Source of the DNA: an uncultured Actinomycetota bacterium | GTDB taxonomy: Bacteria; Actinomycetota; Geothermincolia; Geothermincolales; RBG-13-55-18 | Assembly (NCBI GenBank): GCA_964529285.1 | Contig: CAZGWK010000001.1 | Coordinates: forward strand, 72,452-136,451 | Direction: 5' to 3' | DNA: 64,000 nucleotides | Shown here: positions 38,249-47,396 of the stretch, in pieces | Layout of the letters: each line of letters begins with the position of its first letter | How positions within the stretch are numbered: the first letter of the stretch is position 1 | Notes under the pieces: generated by a model | The model's input: the letters and a program-made list of their open reading frames with translations, nothing else | What the model was told of the DNA's origin: nothing | Database searches by the model: none | Translations under genes and position numbers: made by a program

Positions 38249-39409
38249 TCAGGAGAAAGCCTCCTTGATACGTTCTACTCCCTCCAACAGACGTTGATCG
38301 CATAAGGTGAGGGAGAAACGGACATAGCCCTCACCAGAGGAACCATACGCGGATCCAGGAGCAACCACCACGCCCGCCTTATCGAGGAGCTCAGTGGTGA
38401 AGCTCTGAGAATCGTGACCGGGTGGGACTTTCATCCATACGTACAGGGTCGCCCTGGGAACGGAAACCTGCCATCCGATGGAACGCAGCGCCTCCAGAAG
38501 GGTATCTCTGCGGCGTTCGTAGGCAGCATTGTTGTCGCGGATGCAGTCCTGAGGACCCTCCATCGCGGCGACCGCAGCCAGTTGTATGGCGTTGAAGACC
38601 CCGGAATCGATGTTTTCTTTCACTTTAGCGAAGGGAGCGATTATTTTCTCGCCTCCTATCGCGAACCCGACTCGCCATCCGGTCATGTTGTAGGTCTTTG
38701 AGAGAGAGTGGAACTCGACCGCGGTCTCCCGGGCTCCAGTTACTTCCAGCAGCGAGGGGGCCATATACCCGTCGAAAGTTATCTCTGAATAGGCATGATC
38801 GTGTGCCAGCATGACTTCGTGCTTGCGAGCGTAGTAAACCAGTTCCTCGAAGAAAGACTTGTCAGCAACTGCAGCCGTCGGGTTATTGGGGTAGTTTACG
38901 AAAAGGATCTTTGCCTTGCGCCAGATCTCTTCCCGTATGGCCGCTAGATCGGGCAGAAAGCCATTATCCTCGCGCAAGGGCATCTCCACCGCTGATGCGC
39001 CACAGAGCATTGTTGCCGTACGGTACACCGGGTATGCCGGGTTGGGGATGAGTGCAACGTCTCCCGGGTCCAGGAATGCCAGGGGAAAATGAGCGATGCC
39101 TTCCTTGGAGCCGATGAGAGCGAGAACTTCCCGGTCCGGGTCGGGGGTAACGCCGAAACGGCCGTTCACCCAGGATGCCGCAGCCTCCCGGAAACGCTGC
39201 ATCCCCTGATAGGAGGGGTAGCGGTGGTTGGCGGGCTCGCAAGCTTCCGCGCACAGTGCCGCAACGATGTGCGCCGGCGTGGGAAGATCCGGATCGCCGA
39301 CACCGAAGTTGATGATATCCAGTCCCTGACGCACCTTCTCCTCGATACGACGGTCAATCTCGGCGAAGAGGTAGGGCGGTAGTTCACGGATGCGTTTCGA
39401 GATCTTCAA
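38249..39409 (-). CDS. dapL: LL-diaminopimelate aminotransferase (class I PLP aminotransferase)
   Basis: The N-terminus LPPYLFAEIDRR…INFGVGDPDLPTP is characteristic of DapL. It is adjacent to dapF. Confidence 0.75.
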   Translation of the reverse strand: MKISKRIRELPPYLFAEIDRRIEEKVRQGLDIINFGVGDPDLPTPAHIVAALCAEACEPANHRYPSYQGMQRFREAAASWVNGRFGVTPDPDREVLALIGSKEGIAHFPLAFLDPGDVALIPNPAYPVYRTATMLCGASAVEMPLREDNGFLPDLAAIREEIWRKAKILFVNYPNNPTAAVADKSFFEELVYYARKHEVMLAHDHAYSEITFDGYMAPSLLEVTGARETAVEFHSLSKTYNMTGWRVGFAIGGEKIIAPFAKVKENIDSGVFNAIQLAAVAAMEGPQDCIRDNNAAYERRRDTLLEALRSIGWQVSVPRATLYVWMKVPPGHDSQSFTTELLDKAGVVVAPGSAYGSSGEGYVRFSLTLCDQRLLEGVERIKEAFS

Positions 39410-39449
39410 GGGCTCTCCTCTCCCATGCGCTAAGCATTGCCCGGCGACT

Positions 39450-40298
39450 TCATATACGCCATCCTTTTGCGAGTTCGCCGCTGAAAACTTCCAGCGCCGG
39501 CCCGGTCATGAGTACGTGCCCATATTCGTCTGCGCTTATCTTCAGGACGCCTCCGGGCAGGCTTACATCTACGGGGTTGGTGCACCTGCCTTCGTGCAGG
39601 GCCGCTACCGCCGCCGCGCATGCACCCGTTCCGCAGGCCTTCGTCTCCCCCACCCCGCGCTCCCATACCCTTAGAGCAATGTGGTGGGCGTCCAGCACCT
39701 GCACGAACTCCACATTGGTACGGTTGGGGAACATTGTGTGCTTTTCGAGTACGGGGCCGACGCGGGATACCTGAGTTTCCGATACGTCCTCTACAAACAC
39801 TACACAGTGGGGGTTGCCCACGGAAAGGCAAATGGCCTGGATAACCGCGTCTCCATCGATATCAATGGTTACCCTGCCGGGGCTGGAAGGATCGTCCGGC
39901 GCCGGCAGGTCAAGCGCCGTGAATCCGGGAAGGCCCATGTCCACTTCCACTTCCTTCACAATACCGCCCGAGACCGAGAGGCGTAAGGATTTTGTGCCGG
40001 CCAAGGTCTCTATAAACATATTCGTGCGCACAACTCCCGATCTCTCGTAAAGATACTTGGCGAGGCAGCGTATGCCGTTTCCGCACATCTCTGCCTCGCT
40101 TCCGTCCGCATTGAAGATACGCATGGCGGCGTCGCTGCCCGCCGATGTCAGCGCGAAGATCACTCCGTCCGCGCCTATTCCCGTATGTCGCTCGCATACC
40201 GCTTCCACTTCCTGGGGGGAGAGAAAAACCCCCTCCTTCATCCCATCGAGGATGATGAAGTCGTTACCCGTTCCCTGGTACTTGTGGAAGCGCACCAT
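39450..40298 (-). CDS. dapF: diaminopimelate epimerase
   Basis: Has the GTGNDFI motif and two catalytic Cys residues (MCGNGIRC, ACGTGACA). Confidence 0.9.
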   Translation of the reverse strand: MVRFHKYQGTGNDFIILDGMKEGVFLSPQEVEAVCERHTGIGADGVIFALTSAGSDAAMRIFNADGSEAEMCGNGIRCLAKYLYERSGVVRTNMFIETLAGTKSLRLSVSGGIVKEVEVDMGLPGFTALDLPAPDDPSSPGRVTIDIDGDAVIQAICLSVGNPHCVVFVEDVSETQVSRVGPVLEKHTMFPNRTNVEFVQVLDAHHIALRVWERGVGETKACGTGACAAAVAALHEGRCTNPVDVSLPGGVLKISADEYGHVLMTGPALEVFSGELAKGWRI

Positions 40299-40423
40299 TA
40301 TCCCGTCCTCGCCTTGCGTCCAACCCTGCCTCGCCGTGACCTTACAAGATACGCAACCGCGCCGCGTCTCGGCCCTGTTTCAAGCCGTGGGACCCGCATG
40401 CGGAGAACAGTCCACATTCGGAC

Positions 40424-41377
40424 CTATAACGAACCTGCCAGGCAGAACCTTACCAGATCCACCACGCGCCTCGACGGACCCTCAAGCTCGTTTTCCTCGA
40501 GCTCGATCCAGCGCAGTCCGGGGATGCGCCTGAACCAAGTTAGCTGCCGCTTGGAGTAGTTGCGCGACCTCCGCTTGATATTAAAGATAGTTTCCTCGAG
40601 GGGTATACCTCTGTCAAGGTGGTCCAGGATCTCCTTGTATCCCAGGGCCTGCCTCGCCGTGCCGGATAGCCTGCCCTCGGACGCCAGGCGCGCAACCTCC
40701 TCGACCAACCCGGCCGCCAGCATATCGTCTACGCGGCGTTCTATGGCGCGGTATAATGCCTCGCGAGGCGCGTTGAGCACAACTCCCGCAAAGGGATAGA
40801 ACAACTCCTGCTCTCCCCTCTTGCGCTGAAATGACGTGTAGGGTATACCGGTGCGCTCGTATACCTCCATGGCCCGCACGACACGGCGCATATTGGCGAA
40901 TCCCTCACTTGCAGCGAAACCCGGGTCCACTCGCTCAAGGCGCCTGCGCATGCCGTCCGCATCCCGTTCGGCTTCTTGCTGCAATCTGCGTCTCAATACA
41001 TCACGCGTCGATCCCGGAGGAAAACGCATATCGAAAACCACGGCCTCGAAATAGAGGCCCGTCCCACCCACGAGCAAAGGTACTCTTCCCCGTGACGCGA
41101 TATCCTCGACATGCCGACGCGCTTCTTCCTGATACCTGGCGACTGAGAAGACGCTGCAGGCGTCCACTATGTCCAACATATGATGAGGCACGTCCCGCCT
41201 TGCATCTACCCCGGGTTTTGCGGTACCGATGTCCATACCGCGATAGACCTGCATGGAGTCAACGGAGATTATCTCCGCACGCAAGGAAGGTGCTACGGCC
41301 AGCGCGACGGCGCTCTTGCCTACGGCGGTCGGTCCGAGAACCGCCGCCACCCTAACCCTGTTGCGGGGAACAGGCAT
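40424..41377 (-). CDS. miaA: tRNA dimethylallyltransferase
   Basis: Has the P-loop GPTAVGKS and MiaA core motifs. Confidence 0.9.
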   Translation of the reverse strand: MPVPRNRVRVAAVLGPTAVGKSAVALAVAPSLRAEIISVDSMQVYRGMDIGTAKPGVDARRDVPHHMLDIVDACSVFSVARYQEEARRHVEDIASRGRVPLLVGGTGLYFEAVVFDMRFPPGSTRDVLRRRLQQEAERDADGMRRRLERVDPGFAASEGFANMRRVVRAMEVYERTGIPYTSFQRKRGEQELFYPFAGVVLNAPREALYRAIERRVDDMLAAGLVEEVARLASEGRLSGTARQALGYKEILDHLDRGIPLEETIFNIKRRSRNYSKRQLTWFRRIPGLRWIELEENELEGPSRRVVDLVRFCLAGSL

Positions 41378-41383
41378 GTGGCC

Positions 41384-41923
41384 TCAGTGGAATCTTTGCA
41401 CGGTGAAGCGGTAGAGCTGTATTGGTTCGTGAGGGCTGATACCGGCCTTGCTGCGCGCTATCTCGAGCTGTTCCTCCACGCTGCCTACTCCCTCCAGGTC
41501 CGGAAGCAAAAGACCGCTACGGGTCCCCCTCTTGACGATCACGCCATAGTGGCGCGGATCCAATTGCGAGGCGTCACGCACAAGCTCCGGCTCGCTGAGT
41601 ACGTCAACGCTGATTTCAAGATCGTTCAGCTCCTCTTCAGAAAGCGCAGGGAAGCGCGGGTCTCGACTCGCTGCACTTATGGCGTTGGAGGCGATCTCCT
41701 CGGCAAGGGTTTCCCGTGTCGGTTGAAAGGTACCGATGCATCCCCGCAGTGCGTCCTGCTTTTTAAGGGTAACGAACACTGCGGCTTTCCCTCGAAGCTG
41801 CCGCTTTTCCTCTCTCATTTCCGCGGGAGTAAGCTCTCTTCTTTCTCTTACCCACTTCTCAATCGCCTTGCGCGCCAAGCGGGAATGCTTGCTTGTTTCC
41901 TTGTGCCCATGGGTCTCGGTCAT
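41384..41923 (-). CDS. AMMECR1-domain protein (AmmeMemoRadiSam system protein A-like)
   Basis: Has LRGCIGT and the LLPDLEG motif. Confidence 0.8.
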   Translation of the reverse strand: MTETHGHKETSKHSRLARKAIEKWVRERRELTPAEMREEKRQLRGKAAVFVTLKKQDALRGCIGTFQPTRETLAEEIASNAISAASRDPRFPALSEEELNDLEISVDVLSEPELVRDASQLDPRHYGVIVKRGTRSGLLLPDLEGVGSVEEQLEIARSKAGISPHEPIQLYRFTVQRFH

Positions 41924-41936
41924 AGATCGGTCCTCC

Positions 41937-42755
41937 TTAGCCTTTCCTGAGCATCAGCGCTACCAGATATCCCACGCCGAAGGGGCCTTCATAAGAGACC
42001 ACCGAACTCGCGAGAGTTCCGTTCTTCAGAGCGCCCCACATGGCGTGGATGGAGCGAAAGCCGCACTCGCCTGCTTCAGCGACGAGATCATCGGGGATTC
42101 CGTACAATGCTGCGAAATCGCCACCGCGTGCTATATCCACGATCCTGCGGTCGAATTCCTCTCCGCGCGGGCTGTAGCCGGCGGGAGCTCCCCTGCTAAG
42201 GCGGTGCGAAAGGTCTCCACTGGCTACGAAGACCGCCTTTCGTCCCAGTTCTTCACATGCTGCGCGGGATGTTTGCCCAAGACGGAAATGGTCTTCGTAC
42301 GAGAGGCCGGATATGGACAGGCATACGATCGGTGTCTCAAAAACCTGGTCCATATAATACAGTGGCACCAGGAGCCCGTGATCGAGCTCCTCTCCCGAAG
42401 GGGCATCATGCGTTGCGATCAGCGGCAGATCAGCGGATTTCGCATTTTCGACCATGGCGGCGGCAAGTTCGACATCGTTATGTTTAGAGATGCGCACCTG
42501 CGGCTTTCCAAAGGAGGCAAAGCTCCCACCCAGTACCGGCGCAGACTTGACGATAAAGGCGTCTCTGTAAGGTGGGGTATGAGGCGAGATCATCACCATT
42601 GTGTCCGCTTCGAGGCCTGCAAGCTTACGGCTTAATTCCTGCATCGCCTTATAGGTGGCGCTCACGACCTCGCGTTCCTTGCCGCCGATCTCCGGGATCA
42701 GCAACGGCGGATGGGGCACTATACAACCCGCGATAATCCCTTTCTCCGCTCCCAC
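41937..42755 (-). CDS. LigB/Memo-superfamily (class III extradiol dioxygenase subunit B-like) protein, AmmeMemoRadiSam protein B-like
   Basis: The N-terminus IIAGCIVPHPPLLIPEIGG and His-containing motifs resemble AMMECR1-associated protein B. Confidence 0.65.
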   Translation of the reverse strand: MGAEKGIIAGCIVPHPPLLIPEIGGKEREVVSATYKAMQELSRKLAGLEADTMVMISPHTPPYRDAFIVKSAPVLGGSFASFGKPQVRISKHNDVELAAAMVENAKSADLPLIATHDAPSGEELDHGLLVPLYYMDQVFETPIVCLSISGLSYEDHFRLGQTSRAACEELGRKAVFVASGDLSHRLSRGAPAGYSPRGEEFDRRIVDIARGGDFAALYGIPDDLVAEAGECGFRSIHAMWGALKNGTLASSVVSYEGPFGVGYLVALMLRKG

Positions 42756-42875
42756 GCGATCACCTCCATGCCGGCTGCCTTATGCACCGTCTGCTTTCGT
42801 TCCACATAAACTCCAATGGTTATAGGATACCCAAGTCGCCAATTAGAAAAACACCTGTTTGAATACGGCGTTCAT

Positions 42876-44222
42876 TCAAGCGATAATCTCCTCCAGCTCG
42901 CCCAGGAGACTCCAGTTGCCCGCAGCGGTAATCCTTACGCGTGCGAAGGTTGCGGTGAGATCGATATCGTTGCACTCGAAATGGACGAGCTTATTGTTGC
43001 GCGTACGGGCAGCCCAGCGGTGCTTGTCTCTGCGGCTGTATCCCTGCACGAGCACGGTCTTCTCGCTGCCGATTTCGGCGCGCAGACTTTCCCGGGTCAG
43101 TCTTCTGGTGGCTTCCATCAGCCTCTGCAACCGCTCGTGCTTCACACCTTCGGGGACCTCGTCTGGAAGGCCGGCTGCGGAAGCCATGTCGCGACGATTA
43201 TACAGGAAGGTAAAAGCCGCATCGAAAGCGCATGATTCGACCATCTCCATAGTAGCCGCGAAATCCTCTTCGGACTCGCCCGGAAAGCCTACCATGAGGT
43301 CCGTAGTCAGCGATACTCCCGGTACTCTATTCCGCAGCTCGGCAGCTTTTTCACGGTATTCTGCACGACTGTAGCCACGGTTCATGGCGGTCAGTATGCG
43401 GTCTGACCCGGCTTGCAATGGAAGGTGTACGTGTTCGCAGACATTTCCCGTGTCCACGATGGATCGTACTATGTCGAGGTCGAAATCGCGAGGATGAGAA
43501 GTGGTAAAACGTATCCAGGGTTCCGGGTACCGGTCGCCCAGCAGACGCAGCAGGTCCGCGAAGCGGCTCTTCCCCTCTTCTTTGCGACGGTAGGAATTCA
43601 CGTTCTGTCCCAGCAGATTTATCTCCTTTACGCCTGTGGCGACATGCAGGCCCACCTCTTCCGCTATGTCATGCGCTGAACGACTCTCCTCCCTGCCGCG
43701 TACGTAAGGGACGATGCAATAGGAGCAGAAATTGTCGCATCCATGCGTGATGGTAACCCACGCCCGGAAATGCTCGAAGCGGTAGCACGGGATGCCCGAT
43801 ATATCAAGACCTCTCAATGCGGTCGAGCATACTCCTCCCGTTTCCGCCTGCTGCAGCAGGCTCGAGATATTCGCATACTGGTGGGTGCCGAACACCACGT
43901 CAACATAGGGCGCTTTCTCTCTCAGCCGGACGCCTTCCTTCTGCGCCAGGCACCCTCCCACGGCTATCAGCGTTCCCCGTTCTTCTTTTAATGGCTTCAG
44001 AGAAGAAAGGCGCCCATAGAATCTCTGCTCCGCACTCTCGCGCACGCAGCAGGTAAGAAAGATCACGACATCCGCCTCGTCTGCTTCGCTCTCCCTCCAA
44101 CCATCCACATGCAAGAGTCCCCGCAAGCGCTCGGCGTCGTGGATGTTCATCTGACATCCGAAGGTTATCAGGGCATATTTTCCGGCGTTTCTACAAACCG
44201 GGACAGGCTTTTTATCGGACAT
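42876..44222 (-). CDS. miaB: tRNA-2-methylthio-N6-dimethylallyladenosine synthase (radical SAM methylthiotransferase)
   Basis: Has the UPF0004 domain (ITFGCQMN), a radical-SAM CDNFCSYC cluster and a TRAM domain. The start was taken at MSDKK. Confidence 0.9.
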   Translation of the reverse strand: MSDKKPVPVCRNAGKYALITFGCQMNIHDAERLRGLLHVDGWRESEADEADVVIFLTCCVRESAEQRFYGRLSSLKPLKEERGTLIAVGGCLAQKEGVRLREKAPYVDVVFGTHQYANISSLLQQAETGGVCSTALRGLDISGIPCYRFEHFRAWVTITHGCDNFCSYCIVPYVRGREESRSAHDIAEEVGLHVATGVKEINLLGQNVNSYRRKEEGKSRFADLLRLLGDRYPEPWIRFTTSHPRDFDLDIVRSIVDTGNVCEHVHLPLQAGSDRILTAMNRGYSRAEYREKAAELRNRVPGVSLTTDLMVGFPGESEEDFAATMEMVESCAFDAAFTFLYNRRDMASAAGLPDEVPEGVKHERLQRLMEATRRLTRESLRAEIGSEKTVLVQGYSRRDKHRWAARTRNNKLVHFECNDIDLTATFARVRITAAGNWSLLGELEEIIA

Positions 44223-44324
44223 TATAGGTTCACCAAACCCGAGCAGGAAACGGCATCTTTCCATACTTGCTATTGTAATGGTTCTGCGGCGATAAATACG
44301 GGACCTGGCGTCAGAGAGCGAATC

Positions 44325-45038
44325 TCAAGCGAAATTAACTCTACAGAACTCTAGACTGCGCCGGAGATTATTCACTATGCGCTCTCTTCCCAGGCGCGCT
44401 TCCAGGGGACCTGGACCGAGCTCAAGAGCGATCTTGCCGTCAAATCCATCGCGGTACAGCAGAGCGAGGAAACGATCGAGCGGCAGGCGTCCTTCGAAAG
44501 GCAGGGCATGATCGTCAAAACCCTTCATGTAGTTATTCGATAGGTGTATGTGCCGCACGTGGTTGCGCAGTTCCTCCCACGCCCTGAATATATTGATCTT
44601 GGCGATAGCATAGTGACTGGTGTCGAAAACCAGGTTGTCGAAACATCGTATATCGTGCAGCGAGTTGAACAGGCTGAGATTCAGCGGCCGGTACAGGTAG
44701 ACGTGCATGGCGTTCTCCATGGCTACGACGACGCCACTGTCTCGGTCGTAGTCGTTGAGGTTTCGCCTGACCCAACGCGCATAATCCCACTGCCAGAAAT
44801 ATGGAAGATGGATAACGACAAGGCCTGCGTCAAGTTGGCGAGCCATGGCTACGGAGGTAGCGATTTTTTCCTGGGGACCGCCCCAGACTTTTCTTGCGGC
44901 CATGAGAAAGGGGGCGTGTATGCTCCTTACGGCGATATCCGCCTGGCGAGCCAGTTCTCGCACCAGAGACGCATTTTGTGTTTCCTCGCGTCTGGTGACC
45001 ATCAGCTCGACACCGCCGAACCCGGCGTCGCGTGCCAT
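44325..45038 (-). CDS. sugar phosphate isomerase/epimerase (xylose-isomerase-like TIM barrel)
   Basis: Shows AP endonuclease 2 / xylose isomerase-like barrel motifs. The call is weak. Confidence 0.55.
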   Translation of the reverse strand: MARDAGFGGVELMVTRREETQNASLVRELARQADIAVRSIHAPFLMAARKVWGGPQEKIATSVAMARQLDAGLVVIHLPYFWQWDYARWVRRNLNDYDRDSGVVVAMENAMHVYLYRPLNLSLFNSLHDIRCFDNLVFDTSHYAIAKINIFRAWEELRNHVRHIHLSNNYMKGFDDHALPFEGRLPLDRFLALLYRDGFDGKIALELGPGPLEARLGRERIVNNLRRSLEFCRVNFA

Positions 45039-45103
45039 ACTGAAAACATCGCGCAGCTCGAAGTTATAAAGCGATGCGGTCGAGAGGATAAATTCAGTTA
45101 TGT

Positions 45104-45508
45104 CTATTTCCTCCCTCTTGACCTTCTGCCCCGCCGTGAAATCCTGTTCGCTACGCCGCGAAAAAGAAGGGTTGTGGTTGCGAATCCTGCCAGCATCCCG
45201 CCGCAGCGGGCTATGGGAGAGCGGAGAGCATCATCTACGGTGCGCAGGCTCGATTCGGTGAGTTCGAGCATCGCCTGCGCCTCTCCAGTCATCTCGCCTA
45301 CTCTTTCCAGCTCGCCGTTCACTTCTTCAACGGTCTGGTTGAGGTTGGAGAGGAGCATGATAAGCTCAGGCCTGGCATCGTCGAGGGTACGGTTGAGGTG
45401 ATCGACGCCACGGCTGATCTTCAGGACGATGCGAATGAGAAAGAAGGTCAGAAGCGGGACGGAGATGATCGCGATTATCAGGAATATGATCTTGAGCGCG
45501 TTCATCAT
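45104..45508 (-). CDS. DUF948-like membrane protein
   Basis: An N-terminal TM helix is followed by a coiled-coil. Confidence 0.5.
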   Translation of the reverse strand: MMNALKIIFLIIAIISVPLLTFFLIRIVLKISRGVDHLNRTLDDARPELIMLLSNLNQTVEEVNGELERVGEMTGEAQAMLELTESSLRTVDDALRSPIARCGGMLAGFATTTLLFRGVANRISRRGRRSRGRK

Positions 45509-45576
45509 GCCTCCTTGCCCCGTGGATAGACAGCTTGCGCCGGTCGCTGTTCATGCAGCGGGTGACTTTTGGCTAC

Positions 45577-45837
45577 CTATCTCGATTCCACGGAGAGCTT
45601 GATAGCCGTCCTCTCCTCTCCATCGATGATTATATCCGTAAAAGCGGGTATGCATACCAGGTCTATGCCGCTGGGGGCAACGAATCCTCTTGCTATGGCG
45701 ATCGCCTTAACCGCCTGGTTCAAGGCACCGGCTCCGATAACCTGCATCTCCGCGCTCCCCGTCTCGCGCAGAACCCCTGCCAGTGCTCCAGCGACGGAAT
45801 TGGGGTTTGACTTCGAAGATACCTTAAGCACTTCCAT
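45577..45837 (-). CDS. spoVS: stage V sporulation protein S
   Basis: MEVLKVSSKSNPNSVAGALAGVLRE…AIGAGALNQAVKAIAIARGF is near-identical to the SpoVS consensus. Confidence 0.85.
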   Translation of the reverse strand: MEVLKVSSKSNPNSVAGALAGVLRETGSAEMQVIGAGALNQAVKAIAIARGFVAPSGIDLVCIPAFTDIIIDGEERTAIKLSVESR

Positions 45838-46050
45838 CTCTAAATGCTCCTCCCCTTGTCTGTTTCCTGCTACGATGACCAACATCCCCGGATAAAATCT
45901 AATGATATATTATCCCGATCCTTTATTAAAGAGATGCCAGGCGCGCGCAATATGAGGGCGTTTCAGCTCGCAGATAATCCACCCTGTCGATATCTTGAAA
46001 GGTCACACGCAGCGCTTCAAAGATGCGGGATATGTACCTGAAGGTGACGC

Positions 46051-47166
46051 CTATTCGTCCTCCCTCTCGTGCAGGCCCATGGATATGATGATGCGGTCCC
46101 TACGCCGTTTTACCACGGGCATTTCGGCCTGAAGGTAATTCCTCCTGCCGATATCTTCAAAGGCTGTCCGCAGCGACTCACAGATGCGGGATATATCTTC
46201 CTGGCTCAACCGCCTTGCCAGGTGGTCACTCCAGTTTACGCGAGGCTGACGGTGTAGATCCGCCCGTCTCGCCGGAAGGGTGACACCATCTTCTTTGAGC
46301 AGTTCGTTTATGCTCATCAGCGGGTTTATCTCCATCTCCAGGATGCGAAATGCATTCCGCTCGGATATGCTCAGTCCGAGCTCGCCGGCACAGTAACCAT
46401 GAAGCGTGCGCCCTTCTTTGATGCTTCCCAGTTCAAACCATATCGGTCTGCTTAAATCGTTCTCGCCGGCTGACCACGATTTAAGCAGCTGCATGGAATC
46501 GTGATAGAGAGTAGCGAGGATCTCGGCATTGGATCCCAGGAATATTTTCAATTCGTCGGAGACCAGTGCGAACTCACTGAGGACCCTCGGCACGTTACGC
46601 GGCCCCCCCGCGATGGCGATAGCACCCTTCTCGTCACACTCGAACCTGGGAAAAGTAGACTGATCTTTCTTCTCGGGTATCTTTGTCGTGTCTATACGCG
46701 CGTGGATTATGCTGCCCCGGCCCTCCTCCGAACGTAAAAGCTCTATATCGTCCGCCACCTTCTTGATGGAAAATAGGGCCATCCCTCGGCCGTGGACACC
46801 GAAACGGTCCTCCACGAGGTCCTCGACCTTGGACGTAACCCTTGCCTCGAATATCTTGCGGTGAAGCGCGCGCGGTATTCCCCTCCCGTCATCCAGAACG
46901 GCAATATTGCGCCAGCGCCCTTTCTCCTTCTGAAAGGTTACATATACGTTTCTGGCGCCGGCATCCCGTGCATTTCGCACCAGTTCTTTTACTACGTCTT
47001 CCACACAACGTATATCCTGAAGTGCCTGGCGCCTCTCGGCCTCGCTCACCCTCAGTCTTACGTATCCGTGGCCAAGTTCCTCTTCTACCGTGAAGGTATC
47101 CTGATCCGCGAAACTGCGCACGAATTCCAGGAGTCCTCCCGCATCTCCAGTGTTCTCGGTGGTCAA
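46051..47166 (-). CDS. GHKL-type ATPase-domain protein (HATPase_c without an His-kinase dimerisation domain) plus a C-terminal domain of unknown function
   Basis: Has the N-box ELVRNARDAG, G1 DDGRGIP and G2 GVHGRGMAL. Confidence 0.6.
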   Translation of the reverse strand: MTTENTGDAGGLLEFVRSFADQDTFTVEEELGHGYVRLRVSEAERRQALQDIRCVEDVVKELVRNARDAGARNVYVTFQKEKGRWRNIAVLDDGRGIPRALHRKIFEARVTSKVEDLVEDRFGVHGRGMALFSIKKVADDIELLRSEEGRGSIIHARIDTTKIPEKKDQSTFPRFECDEKGAIAIAGGPRNVPRVLSEFALVSDELKIFLGSNAEILATLYHDSMQLLKSWSAGENDLSRPIWFELGSIKEGRTLHGYCAGELGLSISERNAFRILEMEINPLMSINELLKEDGVTLPARRADLHRQPRVNWSDHLARRLSQEDISRICESLRTAFEDIGRRNYLQAEMPVVKRRRDRIIISMGLHEREDE

Positions 47167-47396
47167 TATTCCCGTCCCCGTCCCGTCCGGAAGTTTATTC
47201 TCTCAATCTCCATCTCGGCAAGCCGAACCATTACCTGTATGTCTTGAGGTGAGCCGACTTCACTTCAGGAGTTCTCTTGCATAATATTTTATCCACGATA
47301 TATGCTTCGTCGCCATAAGCGGTGATCTACCGTGCAGCGCAAGGCGTGTGCGAATAAAAAAGGCGGGCTTGCCGCCCGCCTTTTATCATCGACCTT

